Part shown: one piece after another, positions 1 through 10,759 of the stretch | Position numbering within the stretch: position 1 is the first letter of the stretch | Layout: the number at the start of each line of letters is the position of its first letter | Source of the DNA: Epithemia pelagica | Lineage: Eukaryota; Protista; Bacillariophyta | NCBI GenBank assembly: GCA_946965045.2 | Contig: OX337232.1 | Span: 1,488,001-1,552,000, forward strand | Direction of reading: 5' to 3' | Length of the DNA: 64,000 bases | The notes under the pieces: generated by a model | The model's database searches: none | What the model saw: the letters and a program-made list of their open reading frames with translations, nothing else | Told to the model about the DNA's origin: nothing | Translations under genes and position numbers: made by a program

Positions 1-2
1 TG

Positions 3-1394
3 GTCGATACTGCGAGGGATGACACCGCGGTGAAAGACGAAACAAAAGATGCGCCCGTGAGCACAAAGGGGGTGCCTCAATCGCGTGATAATGACGGTAA
101 GCAGCAGCACGAAGAAGAAAACAGATCGTCTGGCATAAATGAAAAGAAGCAGGAAGAAGAGAAAGGATCATCCGAGGAAATTATTAAACAAGATGACAAA
201 GGAGGTCTATCTAAAGAAGAGAAAGATCGGGACGGTGAAGAAAGGCTTTCAAAGAAAGACATGAAAACTGATGGAAAAGACGTGGTGAAAGTAGAAGGAC
301 CACAACTGCCGAAGGAAGCAGATGTTGCATCCAGTAAGGATAAGGATGAAGAAGTTCCGGCTCATCGCAAGCCAACGGAATCGCAACCAAAAGGAGGAGA
401 TGATGAGCCCGACGACGACGAGGTCCAAGTTGTCCCAAAACCATCACCGCAGCGCTATGTTGATTTATCATCGTCACGTGACTCTAAATGGCTTCCCGAG
501 AACAACTCACAACAACGCAGAGATCAGCCCTCCCAGAGACGAGGTGGATCCGATTATAGAAGTGGATCCCGCGTAGATGACCATCGGGGTGGTGGCAAAC
601 GAGAAGGAGCAGATAACTACACAAGTCTTGGAGGAAAGAAGGACGACCACAAGTACGAATACGATCGTCCAAGCCGTGGAGATGACAATCGAGGTAGCCG
701 AGCTTCGGGTGGGAGGTCCAGTGGTGATGATCGTGGCGGCAACAGTAACAGTGATCGATACAGCAGTGGACGGACTACGCCGAACGAAGGACGTTCCCTG
801 CCTCGTGACAAGGATCACAGGTATGAGGAAAGTACGCGGAATTCTGGTGATGGTGGTCGATCATCTGATGATCGTGGTGGGAATTCCCGGAAACCTCCTG
901 GCAATGACGGCCGTGGAAGTGGTTCACGATCCAACAACAACAAGAGTGACGATACCACGAGAGGCAAATTGGACACGGGTGGAATGCGCCATGACGATCG
1001 AGGAGGACGACCCACAAGTCGTGGTGGTGAGGACCGATCCTCAAATCGAGATGACGACAATCGACTTGGTGGTGGCTGGTCCAACGAAGGAACACAGCTT
1101 GATGACGTACGATCGACCAACTATGGAGGTCGTGACCGTTCCATGGAACATCGCGGCGGTGGAGGTCGATATTCTTCGGACGATCGCGGGAATAGTGGAT
1201 GGGGAAGTGGAGATCGTAGTGGTGATCGTCGTTCCGATGATCGCCGCAGTAGTCGAGGGGATCGTCGTGGAGGAGAGGACCATGGCGGTAGTGGTGGTGG
1301 TGGAAGCTCGCGAGGTGGGGATTGGAGAGGAGGTGGTGATCGGAGCCGTAGTCGAGGTTCGGCTCATCGCGGGGACCGTCGACATCGGCATTAA
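3..1394 (+). CDS. 3' part of a low-complexity, disordered Lys/Glu-rich then RGG/RS-rich protein (gene starts upstream of the window)
   Basis: The frame is open from the window edge to TAA 1392-1394. Repeated DDRGG, RGGD and SSRGG motifs; no folded domain is visible. Confidence 0.7.
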   Translation, partial: VDTARDDTAVKDETKDAPVSTKGVPQSRDNDGKQQHEEENRSSGINEKKQEEEKGSSEEIIKQDDKGGLSKEEKDRDGEERLSKKDMKTDGKDVVKVEGPQLPKEADVASSKDKDEEVPAHRKPTESQPKGGDDEPDDDEVQVVPKPSPQRYVDLSSSRDSKWLPENNSQQRRDQPSQRRGGSDYRSGSRVDDHRGGGKREGADNYTSLGGKKDDHKYEYDRPSRGDDNRGSRASGGRSSGDDRGGNSNSDRYSSGRTTPNEGRSLPRDKDHRYEESTRNSGDGGRSSDDRGGNSRKPPGNDGRGSGSRSNNNKSDDTTRGKLDTGGMRHDDRGGRPTSRGGEDRSSNRDDDNRLGGGWSNEGTQLDDVRSTNYGGRDRSMEHRGGGGRYSSDDRGNSGWGSGDRSGDRRSDDRRSSRGDRRGGEDHGGSGGGGSSRGGDWRGGGDRSRSRGSAHRGDRRHRH

Positions 1395-1789
1395 ATGCCT
1401 CATACTCGTTGGAATCAAATTGGAATTTCAAATTGCAACATTGGTTCGCGAAGATGCTATGTATTTGATCTACATGCAGACTGCAAATTTTACGGCGAAT
1501 CGGTGATACCGAAGATCTTTCGTGTGCGCTTGGAAGGTTAAGATTTTCTCATGTAAAGGTGAGAAAGGACGCAGCGTTGACGTTGAATGCTATAGTCATT
1601 TGCTCTTCTACCGTTAGTCGAGGTCCTATGTCATTGCCATTGATAGCATTTCTAGCTAGCGATTCCAAAATTCCAACACATTCAAGAAGATCCGGTCGCA
1701 CATCTTTTGCATGCATTCCCACCTTTTCTCGAATCTAAAAAACACAACAACCAACAACAACGAAACGAATTGGCAGAAAGTATAAAAAG

Positions 1790-3649
1790 ATGCTTCTGAT
1801 CGGAAGACAAAAGTTTGTTATGTTTGTTATCCTTTGCCTGGTTTTGTTTGTCCAGCGATGCAGTGCCACGTTTGACTTGAGTCGGCATGTGTTTGTCTTT
1901 CGCAGTTGCGTCGGACGACCATCGACTCACGTGAACTTGTACGATGACACGTCGTCGTACCCCAATGACATTTCGGCCTATATGAATGCAAGTCTCCCCA
2001 ATTGGCAAACTCCAGTGGACAGGTGCACAGAAGTTGGCGTAGACCAAATGAAGGCCATGGGCCGAGAGTTGATGAAACTCTTTGATGCCAGTTTGTACGA
2101 TCATACCGACCTGTTGGAGATGGAATTTATTACAGATACCAATGAACGTGATGTAGCGTCAGCCTTTGCCTTGTCACAAGGGCTTGGTGAAGAGGCACGC
2201 GAGCGACAGCGTGAGGTTCAAGGATTGGACAATCTCAAGTACGAACCGATACTGTTCAATCCTTCCAAAGGTGTACAAGACCCACTCCTGGGCGTCCCTA
2301 GCGATCCTCAGGACCAGCTCTGCCAACGACCTCAGCGTGACATTTTATTTCAACAAATCAATGAGCGTCTTCAAGAGGTCTCCCGTCCCTCGAATCCCAC
2401 TCTGTATGAAGCCATTTCCATTGTGGAAGAACATTTGGGTGTTGGAACGGCTGGTTCCTTGCACACAATTCTCCAAGATTTGAACGATACCTTTACCCTC
2501 GATGATCGAACCCTGAACATTGTCGGTCCCGTAAATGTCATTAGTATCCTCTCCGAGATTATTTTTCATGCCAAGGTATCCGGTATTGAAGATTTTGTAC
2601 CCGACATGTCAGTAAAGCATGTAATGGCGCTCCTCTCCTGGCATGATTGGGTCCGAGACGTTGTGAATGTCGGTAATGGTTGGGCTGCAGCCAGGGGAAG
2701 TGTGCTAGTTCATCGTGTACTTCAATTGCTGGATCGACCCACTAACGTTTCACCACAAACCAATGATCGTGTCACCTTTGTCATTGGTCGCCAAGGAGAT
2801 TTGGAGGGCATTGCCACCGCATTGAATATACGGTGGGATTTGCCAGCTCCCTTTCCCTCGTTGCGACAGGGTGGTAATTCCAGGAATGTCGGCAATGTTC
2901 CCGTCCCTCCAGGATCCGGTCTTTATTTTGCCAATAACTTTGGCGATGACAATAACAGAGATGACTACCCAATATCTTTCGTCGATATTAGTATTGTGGT
3001 TCCAACCTATGTTCAGAAACAAACGAATTCCGAAAACGAGTACGAATTCAATGCTTCGGGCGAGCCGACTGCTTTGCAAGTGATTTTTCTGGAACCTCTT
3101 TCGCCGCAAATCAAACATGTGGAAGAAGATGATAGAATATTTGCGCGAGTTCATGGAACCAAAAGCACGGACCCAGTGCAAGTATTGCGAAACCGATTGC
3201 TCGATACCGTGACGTCCGTCTATAATACTACACCCGAAGCATTGAAGTGCTACCAGGCAGCTATGGAATACTATCCAAAAATTGTGGTGACAGACCCTCC
3301 CACCCCCTTTCCTATATCTCAAACACCGCCAACACCGGCTCCATCTTTCATGTACTACCCTGCACCAACATTTCCAACCGTCACTCCCACAGTTGGTCAG
3401 AATTCGGAGTGGACCGTGCCATCCAATGAAGCACCGTCATCCATGAATGAGGATCATGACGAGGACATTGCCAGTTGGAACTTTTTGGCTGGTTTAGTCG
3501 CTGGAACCTGTGTTGTGGGAGGTGCTGTGGTGTGTTGGAAATTGGTCACCAGACGTTTGAGGCGTCGTGCTTCATCCTACCGAGTCGACTACAGAGGAGT
3601 CGAAACCGATGGCTTTGGTAGTGATGAACATACACTGGAACTGACTTGA
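1790..3649 (+). CDS. Secreted, type-I membrane histidine acid phosphatase-like protein (AppA/Agp/phytase clade), catalytic motifs degenerate
   Basis: Signal peptide; VFVFRSCVGRP at the RHGxRxP position; VTFVIGRQGDL at the GHD position; PVPPGSGLYF resembles TPPGGELVF; Pro/Thr-rich stalk; C-terminal TM helix (WNFLAGLVAGTCVVGGAVVCW). Confidence 0.6.
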   Translation: MLLIGRQKFVMFVILCLVLFVQRCSATFDLSRHVFVFRSCVGRPSTHVNLYDDTSSYPNDISAYMNASLPNWQTPVDRCTEVGVDQMKAMGRELMKLFDASLYDHTDLLEMEFITDTNERDVASAFALSQGLGEEARERQREVQGLDNLKYEPILFNPSKGVQDPLLGVPSDPQDQLCQRPQRDILFQQINERLQEVSRPSNPTLYEAISIVEEHLGVGTAGSLHTILQDLNDTFTLDDRTLNIVGPVNVISILSEIIFHAKVSGIEDFVPDMSVKHVMALLSWHDWVRDVVNVGNGWAAARGSVLVHRVLQLLDRPTNVSPQTNDRVTFVIGRQGDLEGIATALNIRWDLPAPFPSLRQGGNSRNVGNVPVPPGSGLYFANNFGDDNNRDDYPISFVDISIVVPTYVQKQTNSENEYEFNASGEPTALQVIFLEPLSPQIKHVEEDDRIFARVHGTKSTDPVQVLRNRLLDTVTSVYNTTPEALKCYQAAMEYYPKIVVTDPPTPFPISQTPPTPAPSFMYYPAPTFPTVTPTVGQNSEWTVPSNEAPSSMNEDHDEDIASWNFLAGLVAGTCVVGGAVVCWKLVTRRLRRRASSYRVDYRGVETDGFGSDEHTLELT

Positions 3650-3844
3650 AGATGGAAGAACGTTCTGTGTCGCTAGACTGTGTACACATTTGACGAGACA
3701 GTTCCCTTGTTTTGCGGGTATGATTGATCCAGTCCGACACACGTTGAAGAACTGTCACCGCCTCAAACTACCATATCAACAGGCATCCAGTTAGATGTGG
3801 CTTTGAAGAAAAAAAAGTGAGAAGCAGATCATCGTCTATCGACT

Positions 3845-5596
3845 TCACACCTTACGAACTCTTCCCACAAAAAAGCCGTCCATTTGATTGTCTGTCTGTG
3901 GAAATACTCGAAGCCATCCATTCGGGTCAATCGTACAACCGGGTATATTCCAAACTTCCTCCAAATCAAAGGGAATAATTTCGAGACGGGCATCGCTCTT
4001 CTTAGAGATATTGCAACGATCCACAAGGCGATTCATTTGATCTTCTCCTTCTTGTCGCAAAAGGCTACAAGTGGCATAGACCAATACACCACCGACACTA
4101 ATGATATTGTCCACCGCATGACAGGCCAAGTCAAACTGCGTCGCGAGAAGATCGCTGTAGTTGGAATCTCGTCTCAGTACATCGGGACGCCGACTCCCCG
4201 TACCGGTTGCGGTGCAAGGGACATCCAACAAGACGCCTTGAATGGGCGTAGAAGTGCTATCGTCGGGACGCCATTGTGTGCCATCGGCCACCACCACATT
4301 GCACTCCAAACCCAGCCGATCCAAATTCTGTCGCAGTCGGGTAGATCGTTTGGATGACTTTTCGACGGCCGTGACTGAAAAGCCATGGGAACACAATTGA
4401 AAGGTTTTGCCACCCGGTGCGGCACACAAATCCACCACCTGGGTTCCCACAACCGATGTGGTCCCCTGGTTACTGAGGGTATTGTACAACGCAATGGCTG
4501 GTAAGGTGGCAGAGGCATCTTGGACAAACCATTTGCCCTCATGGAAACCGGGCCATTTTGAAACTGCGCCCTTGGGAGGGACACGCAGTTGGATGGATTT
4601 CTGAGCAAGCATTTCCACAGTCGCATTCCCCGCAGTCGTCAACTCGGTGACAATCTGTTGTACCACCTCGTTTCGGTCTTGCATGTCGTGCGATTTTTGT
4701 ACAACGGTCAAAACAATGGGACTTGGTTGCATGGCTTGTTCTACAATCTTCATGGTCCGTTCGTGACCCCATGCTTGGTTCCATTCCTCCAACAACCAAG
4801 GAGCGACATTGTCTGTGATCGAGGTTGTATTTTCCAACCCTTCCAGGTCCGCTCGAGAGATGCCTCGAAGGACGGCATTGACAAACTTAATCTTTCCTTC
4901 GGAAACGACAAAGTCTTGCGACAGTCTCAAGAGATCGACTGTCTCTTTACAGGCAGCGTGGTGTGGTGTTTGCAGAAACAAGAGTTGAGCCACACCTAAT
5001 CTAAGTACCCCTTGAACATATTGGTCGATGCGACTTGTTTTGGTCGATTTCGGCTTTTTCCGTGACGGCTTTTGTTGAAGTTTTCCTTCTTGTTGTTGTT
5101 CTGACTGAAACTGCTGCAAGATCTTGTCAATCTGTCCTTGTCGCCGTTCTACGGTAGAGACCAATAAACGGGCAAAGGCTCGATCGATACTCGGCAAGGA
5201 TTTGTAGGTTTGGCTCGACTCCAATCGATCGACGGCAAAGGCAAGATTTTTTCGTTTCGGCACGAGCGCTCGAAGCGCTTCGTTCCGAGCTGTTTTGATT
5301 TCCACCTCCTGTACAGACTTTTTCTCGAGCGTATTCGACGACAAAGCGAGCGCCACCAAGCTTCGAGAATGGGAGGGGAGTTTGAATGGAACGTACAAAT
5401 GACAGGGCCGAGGTACAGACGTAATGAAAGCCATTTCTCCATGTCCAAAACCTAGGATCATGTTGGTGGTATCTCTGTATTGCTGAGGCCGTTGCTGCCG
5501 ACCACCAAACATTCCAAACTTGAGGGGTATTATCGGTTCCTGAAAAGCCTGGCAAAACGAAACGTAGATGCACAGGTATACATATTTGTTTAGCAT
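3845..5596 (-). CDS. rsmB: Plastid-targeted RsmB/Sun (NusB + NOL1/NOP2) rRNA m5C methyltransferase
   Basis: ATG 5596 gives a signal peptide ending CQA-F. NusB-like LRLGVAQLLFL...ETV; motifs DLCAAPGGKT, LLDVPCTATG and YATCSL. Confidence 0.9.
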   Translation of the reverse strand: MLNKYVYLCIYVSFCQAFQEPIIPLKFGMFGGRQQRPQQYRDTTNMILGFGHGEMAFITSVPRPCHLYVPFKLPSHSRSLVALALSSNTLEKKSVQEVEIKTARNEALRALVPKRKNLAFAVDRLESSQTYKSLPSIDRAFARLLVSTVERRQGQIDKILQQFQSEQQQEGKLQQKPSRKKPKSTKTSRIDQYVQGVLRLGVAQLLFLQTPHHAACKETVDLLRLSQDFVVSEGKIKFVNAVLRGISRADLEGLENTTSITDNVAPWLLEEWNQAWGHERTMKIVEQAMQPSPIVLTVVQKSHDMQDRNEVVQQIVTELTTAGNATVEMLAQKSIQLRVPPKGAVSKWPGFHEGKWFVQDASATLPAIALYNTLSNQGTTSVVGTQVVDLCAAPGGKTFQLCSHGFSVTAVEKSSKRSTRLRQNLDRLGLECNVVVADGTQWRPDDSTSTPIQGVLLDVPCTATGTGSRRPDVLRRDSNYSDLLATQFDLACHAVDNIISVGGVLVYATCSLLRQEGEDQMNRLVDRCNISKKSDARLEIIPFDLEEVWNIPGCTIDPNGWLRVFPQTDNQMDGFFVGRVRKV

Positions 5597-5716
5597 GGTG
5601 GAAAACAATGGCTTACTCCCACAATCACCAACGCACTGCCATTTAGATGGACGGTGAGAATGAATGGTTGTCGACTCATGATGGCAAAATAGAGCGGGGT
5701 ACAAAAATCGTACGGT

Positions 5717-5788
5717 TGGATAATGGGAGGATCGAACTCCCGACCTTCCGCATGCAAAGCGGACGCGCTGCCGCTGCGCCAATTACCC
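5717..5788 (-). tRNA. tRNA-Ala(UGC), intronless
   Basis: The reverse complement folds as a cloverleaf: GGGTAAT/ATTATCC acceptor stem with G3:U70, anticodon loop TTTGCAT, T-loop TTCGATC. A T5 Pol III terminator lies about 10 nt downstream. Confidence 0.95.
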
Positions 5789-6320
5789 AGCCCACTTCTG
5801 CATCTGCTCATTCTTTGATACACAATCATTAGATTTTTCTGAGCTATCCACTATCCACCCATTTTCTCGTAGGCGTAGTTCTTTCAACTACTCCTACTCC
5901 TACTCCTACATCCTATGATAAGAAGGAGATCATATCTCTCTTTGTTCGCTTGTGCATCTTGATCCACTCCACCATGCTTGAGTTAGGAGTTCATTGAAGG
6001 CTTCGCTGTTGTCATCTAGCTAGACCTGGTAACATTCCCACTTGTCGTCACTCTTCACAGAAGATCCAGCCTTACGAAGTACCAAGACCTCGACGAATGA
6101 TATGTACTATCTTGCAGCGACAACGTATACATTGAATACCATAAGTTCCTCATGTTCTCATTTGTTTCAAATAAGTTCAACAGTTCCAGTGGAGGTTTTG
6201 TTTCGTCTAGTCCGTCCGTTAATAGACCTCTATCTAGAAGGCAAACATGCAATATGCATCCTGTCTGTTTCCAATGTTCGAATGAAAGCATGAATTTCAT
6301 TCCAGACACCATTCATATTG

Positions 6321-7256
6321 TTATACGGGAACAATATGGCATCCCAGCAATCCTCTTCCATTCCAAGGCTTTGGTGTAAGCTGTAACATATGAATCATGG
6401 AAGGAGCAGATTCGTTATCGTCATCTGGATTGCCTATGCGGCGGCGAATGAAGAGGGAAATGCTTTGTTGCTCTCCTGCGGCAGCCGGTACGAGTTGTGC
6501 CACCTGTTGTAAGGGATCTAGCCCGTCTGCAAGACATGACTGTTTGGTAATGGTCCCAAATTTTACAATCAAATCATTTTCTTGTAACCCAGCGAGGGAC
6601 GCCGGGGAATCGGCTGCGACACCATCCACCTTAGCGAACGGATCCGTTACGGGAATCGTGGAAGAAGAAGAGGACGTCTCTTGTTGAGTTGTTGTGGTTG
6701 TTGTTGCAGGCACTGATTCTGACTGAACCGACAAGTTCGCAATGGAGGCCAGTGCGGAAGGAGTGGGCGCCGAAGCGCTGTCAATGCTATCAAAGGCTCG
6801 AATCCCATCTCCATTGCTTGAGCCAGCGCCTGTGATGGTACCATCCCAGTTTTTTACCACCCACTTGCCGGTGGCAGGGTCGTATTTGGGTTTCGGTTTC
6901 TTTTGCATGCGAGCCTCTTGTTCCGTTTGCGTCTTATCCGTTTCACCATTGGACGACGCAGAAGAATTCGATAACATGATGCTCTCCATTTCTTTCATGA
7001 GTTGTTTGTGATCGGTTTGTATTTCTGCCAGTCGGCCTCGTAAGGTACGAGCGAGGTACAAGTCAATGTCGGCTCGTGGGTACCCATCTCGATCTACCAA
7101 CGGTGTATCAATCCCGATTGGAGGTCCGGTTAAATCACTTCCTGTGGGACTGGTCAATTGCAGAGTTAATTCTTCTGCTTCTTCTTCCAGTGCCTTGCGT
7201 TGAGCATCCAAGGAAACCAATTTTTGTTGGTGCTGGGTCGTCGATTGCGAATCCAT
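6321..7256 (-). CDS. PSMD9: 26S proteasome regulatory-particle assembly chaperone p27/Nas2
   Basis: Nas2 N-domain (PLVDRDGYPRADIDL), PDZ domain (FAKVDGVAADSPASLAGL) and C-terminal WNGRGLLGCHI. First in-frame ATG is at 7256. Confidence 0.92.
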   Translation of the reverse strand: MDSQSTTQHQQKLVSLDAQRKALEEEAEELTLQLTSPTGSDLTGPPIGIDTPLVDRDGYPRADIDLYLARTLRGRLAEIQTDHKQLMKEMESIMLSNSSASSNGETDKTQTEQEARMQKKPKPKYDPATGKWVVKNWDGTITGAGSSNGDGIRAFDSIDSASAPTPSALASIANLSVQSESVPATTTTTTQQETSSSSSTIPVTDPFAKVDGVAADSPASLAGLQENDLIVKFGTITKQSCLADGLDPLQQVAQLVPAAAGEQQSISLFIRRRIGNPDDDNESAPSMIHMLQLTPKPWNGRGLLGCHIVPV

Positions 7257-8029
7257 TGTGAGTGGTTCACTATTCTGCTTTCGGTGCCTTTGCTGTGGAA
7301 ATGGAGGTTTTGTCTCTTGCTTCAATTTGTTGTTGTTATTATTTGTGGGCAAAGAGGGTTTGGAATGAGAGGACTGCCATGCATATACAAGTACAACACA
7401 CGAGTGAAGAAGGCTTCCCTTGACATGGAGGTGGGTGTCGAATCAATGAGAAGGTATGATGTCAACGACGGGGAACCCTGCGTCACTCCCACCGCTATAC
7501 CAACGAAGGAACCGCTGCTATCATAGCTACCCCTATACATCGATTGATCGACAATCGACACACAGAAATGAAGGCGTGTGGCTCTGGCCTGTTTGGTTGA
7601 AAGCAAAGTTTACCTGGGGGCCTTAAAGAAGAGGAAAGAAAAAACTAACTTTATGACATTGAAGAAGAAGAGCAAAACGACACAAACACACTCCTACCTA
7701 ATCTAGAAAAAGAACACCTAGTTGACTAATCCAAGAAACAGCTGAACGCACATCCAATTGTTGTCTACCAATGCCTAGAAAGGGAAGATGGCTGCTGTTC
7801 GGTTGCATGGAATGTCGACTATTCCTTTCTGTAATCCGCATTGCATAGGACTGCGGCATTCACTCCGCAGTTTTAGAGGGGAAGCACAGTAGAACCTAAT
7901 GATAAGGTCATGGAATGAATTCCAGAAAATACATGCAGATATGATTCTCCGAATGCCAGTCTCAAAAGAAACCTTTCGTCGTTCGATCCATGTGAATTGT
8001 CGTTGGCTGCTCAGTTGGACGGCGTCGTT

Positions 8030-8951
8030 TTACCGAGCACCCAAGTTTTGACGTGCTCCATCAATGGCAATGCATTCGCCCGTCAAAAACTTGGCCTTGT
8101 TGGACACCAAAAAGCTAATGAGTTCGGCTACTTCCTTCGGTTCACCAACTCGTCCCAAACTGGCCGCCAATGGATGCGTCACCTCTCGACTTCTTGTCAA
8201 AAAGGCTTGATAGGCCTCGTCCGACATGCCTGAGGTCTGAAGTTGAAAGAACGAGAGTGGGAGATCAGGCATGTAAGAATCCTCGTGAGGATTATACAGT
8301 ATGAAAATAAGAATAAAAACAAACGACAAGGGCCGTCGTACTCACCTTGTGGAGATTGGTTTCAATCACGCCAGGATTGACGGCATTGACGCGAATTCCA
8401 TCCTTGGCCAAATCGACCGACGCGCATCGGACCAGTTGATCGACGGCCGCCTTGCTCATACAATAACTGGCACAACCCGCAAAGGATTGCTTGCCATTGA
8501 CCGAACTCACAATGACAATGGAGGGATTTCCTGGTGATTTCTTCAAGAATGGTACCGCGGCATGGACAATTTCAAACGGCGCTTGCGCATTGACTTTCAT
8601 GTTGTAGTGGTAATTCTGGATATCGGCATCCCCCACGGCACCACCTTGGAGGGCCCCTGCCGCAATGACCACTGTGGTCAAGGCCGGATCCGTCTCAACA
8701 CCCAAGAGTTGCGCTGCTGTACGCACAACTCGGTCACATTCTCCCTCTTGTGTGACATCGGCCACAATATGATGTGCAATAGATCCTTCGTCTTGGAGTG
8801 CTTGTAACGCCTCTTGGCTACGGGCTGTTCCCACCACCTTGGCACCGTAGCTTGTCAACACTTGACAGGTTGCCTTGCCAATACCACTGGAGGCACCCGT
8901 CACCAAGCATTTAAGTTCCGATAACATCTTGATGTTTTCGACGGTGCTCAT
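8030..8951 (-). CDS. Classical short-chain dehydrogenase/reductase; exons 8951-8346 and 8236-8030
   Basis: TGASSGIG, SSVNG, YCMSK and NAVNPG motifs. A GT-AG intron at 8345-8237 joins ETNLHK to TSGMSD in frame. C-terminal FLTGECIAIDGA. Confidence 0.92.
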
Positions 8952-9107
8952 GACCAAAGCTTTTGAAAATGGGAAAAGAAAATCACAATACCCACCCGGA
9001 TATACAAAGATTGCAGTGACATACGCAGACGTGCGTGGCACTCATTTCTTTTCTACCAAGAAAAAAGATCCAAAGCCATCAACTGACCTCTCCTGTTCCT
9101 TCTTGAC

Positions 9108-10271
9108 ATGAACTATCGACAACTACCACTGCTGCTTGCCTTTTTGGTTCTGAATTGGATAGCAGGACCATGTTGTTGTTTCGGTTGGTCCTTTCCTTTT
9201 GCAGGCAAGCAACCGTCATTGGTTTCCACAACCACCACTACAACCCGTCCGTACAACCGACATGAGAACGGTGGCCCTGTTTCACCGGGGAAAACCGATC
9301 CTGTTGAATCGTCAATGTCCTTGCCTTTGGGATGGAATCGTCGTACGATACTACAGTTGTTGGGTGTTTTCGTGGGCAGTGGCATGATTCCGGACCAAAC
9401 GGGTAGACAAACTGCCTGGGCCGACGAGGGCACTGCCGCTACGGCAGCGAACGAAATTCTCACCATTGCACCATCGGGAGACGTGAGCAAGTTCTTTAGC
9501 GAAGCGCGAGCACTGGAATCGCAAGGCAATATGGCGGCAGCTCAACGATTGTACGCTCGTATTACACAAGTGGAACCTCAATTTATTTATGGATGGAGTC
9601 AATTGGGCAACACACAAACGGCCTTGGGCGAGTTGCCCGCAGCTCTCTCCTCCTATTCGCGAGCCATTGAGTTGTGTGTGGAAAACAATCGACGCGTCGA
9701 TGAAGCCAGTGCGGTGCCCGGTGGAGGCGGTGGTCGCAAATGCAGTGACTTGTACGTGTTGTTGTTGAATCGAGGGAGCATTCGATTGAATACGGGAGAA
9801 CCAGCCTTGGCCTTGCAAGATTTGAACCAAGCCAATTTGTTGCGTGGTCGACCGGATGCGGTAATTTTGCAAAACTTGGCGCGGGCCAAGGAAATCAATG
9901 GTCAATACGGGGGAGCCGATCGAGATTACACGACGGCCATTATGATGACCTCCAATGAGGTTAGTCCCTTTTGGTTGCGATCGGCCATGGTCAAGTTTCA
10001 GCTGGGAGATGGACAAAGTGCCCTGGATTTATTGAAACGTGTGGAAAACAAATTTCCACAAGCACCGGAAGTAAGAGCTGCCTATGCCGTCTTGTTGTCG
10101 GCCGTCAAGGGCGATCCCATTGCCGGCCAGCAAAAGTTTTTGGAAATTCCCGATCGAGCACGGGCCCGCTACGTGGACGAAACGTACTTGACAAAAAACA
10201 TTGCCTGGCCACCGGCCATGCGAGAAGAATTGGCCAATATTGCAAAGGCCGTCGGAGACCTTCCAAGATAG
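9108..10271 (+). CDS. TPR-repeat protein with bipartite presequence and probable thylakoid-lumen (twin-Arg) targeting
   Basis: Signal peptide, then NRRTILQLLG...TAWA-D (RR, hydrophobic stretch, AxA), then several TPR-like helical repeats. Confidence 0.75.
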   Translation: MNYRQLPLLLAFLVLNWIAGPCCCFGWSFPFAGKQPSLVSTTTTTTRPYNRHENGGPVSPGKTDPVESSMSLPLGWNRRTILQLLGVFVGSGMIPDQTGRQTAWADEGTAATAANEILTIAPSGDVSKFFSEARALESQGNMAAAQRLYARITQVEPQFIYGWSQLGNTQTALGELPAALSSYSRAIELCVENNRRVDEASAVPGGGGGRKCSDLYVLLLNRGSIRLNTGEPALALQDLNQANLLRGRPDAVILQNLARAKEINGQYGGADRDYTTAIMMTSNEVSPFWLRSAMVKFQLGDGQSALDLLKRVENKFPQAPEVRAAYAVLLSAVKGDPIAGQQKFLEIPDRARARYVDETYLTKNIAWPPAMREELANIAKAVGDLPR

Positions 10272-10759
10272 GAGGGTACAGTAAGACTTTTTCCATTGAG
10301 TATTGAGTCTAGTGAAAGCTGGTGTACCTAGTTGTAAAAAAGCATCTTCTGTTGGATGGATTGAGTTACTCCAGGTTCCGAAGAGGATGGATGGAAACAT
10401 AAGATGTTCCTATTTTCAGCCTATCATTGCTAGCTTTTCGCACGGACCCGCTCCTTTGTAGTCGTCTATAGGTCGCCCTCATTTCTTTCTGGGGACTGAC
10501 GCAACGACTTCACCCGGTGAGTACTCACAAGTCTATGGGTCACCTACAAAGTACGCCACGTGGATCTTCGGTGCATGTCGCAGGGCGAACAAACGATGGA
10601 CGTCCGGTCGGTCTGTGTGGTGGTCGGCTGTCGCATCACTCGCATCACCACAACACCTATTCCATCGTTTGGTCTACTTTTCTGTCGAAGAACACACCAA
10701 CAAGTCAACAAGGTTTTCTTGTTCACATTCATCATCTCTTTGTGGTGCAATTTACCATC

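Noticed and set aside
5597-5782. N-terminal extension of the 645-aa RsmB ORF in the ORF track
   Set aside because: It starts at a non-ATG codon and runs through the tRNA-Ala gene. ATG 5596 gives a proper signal peptide.
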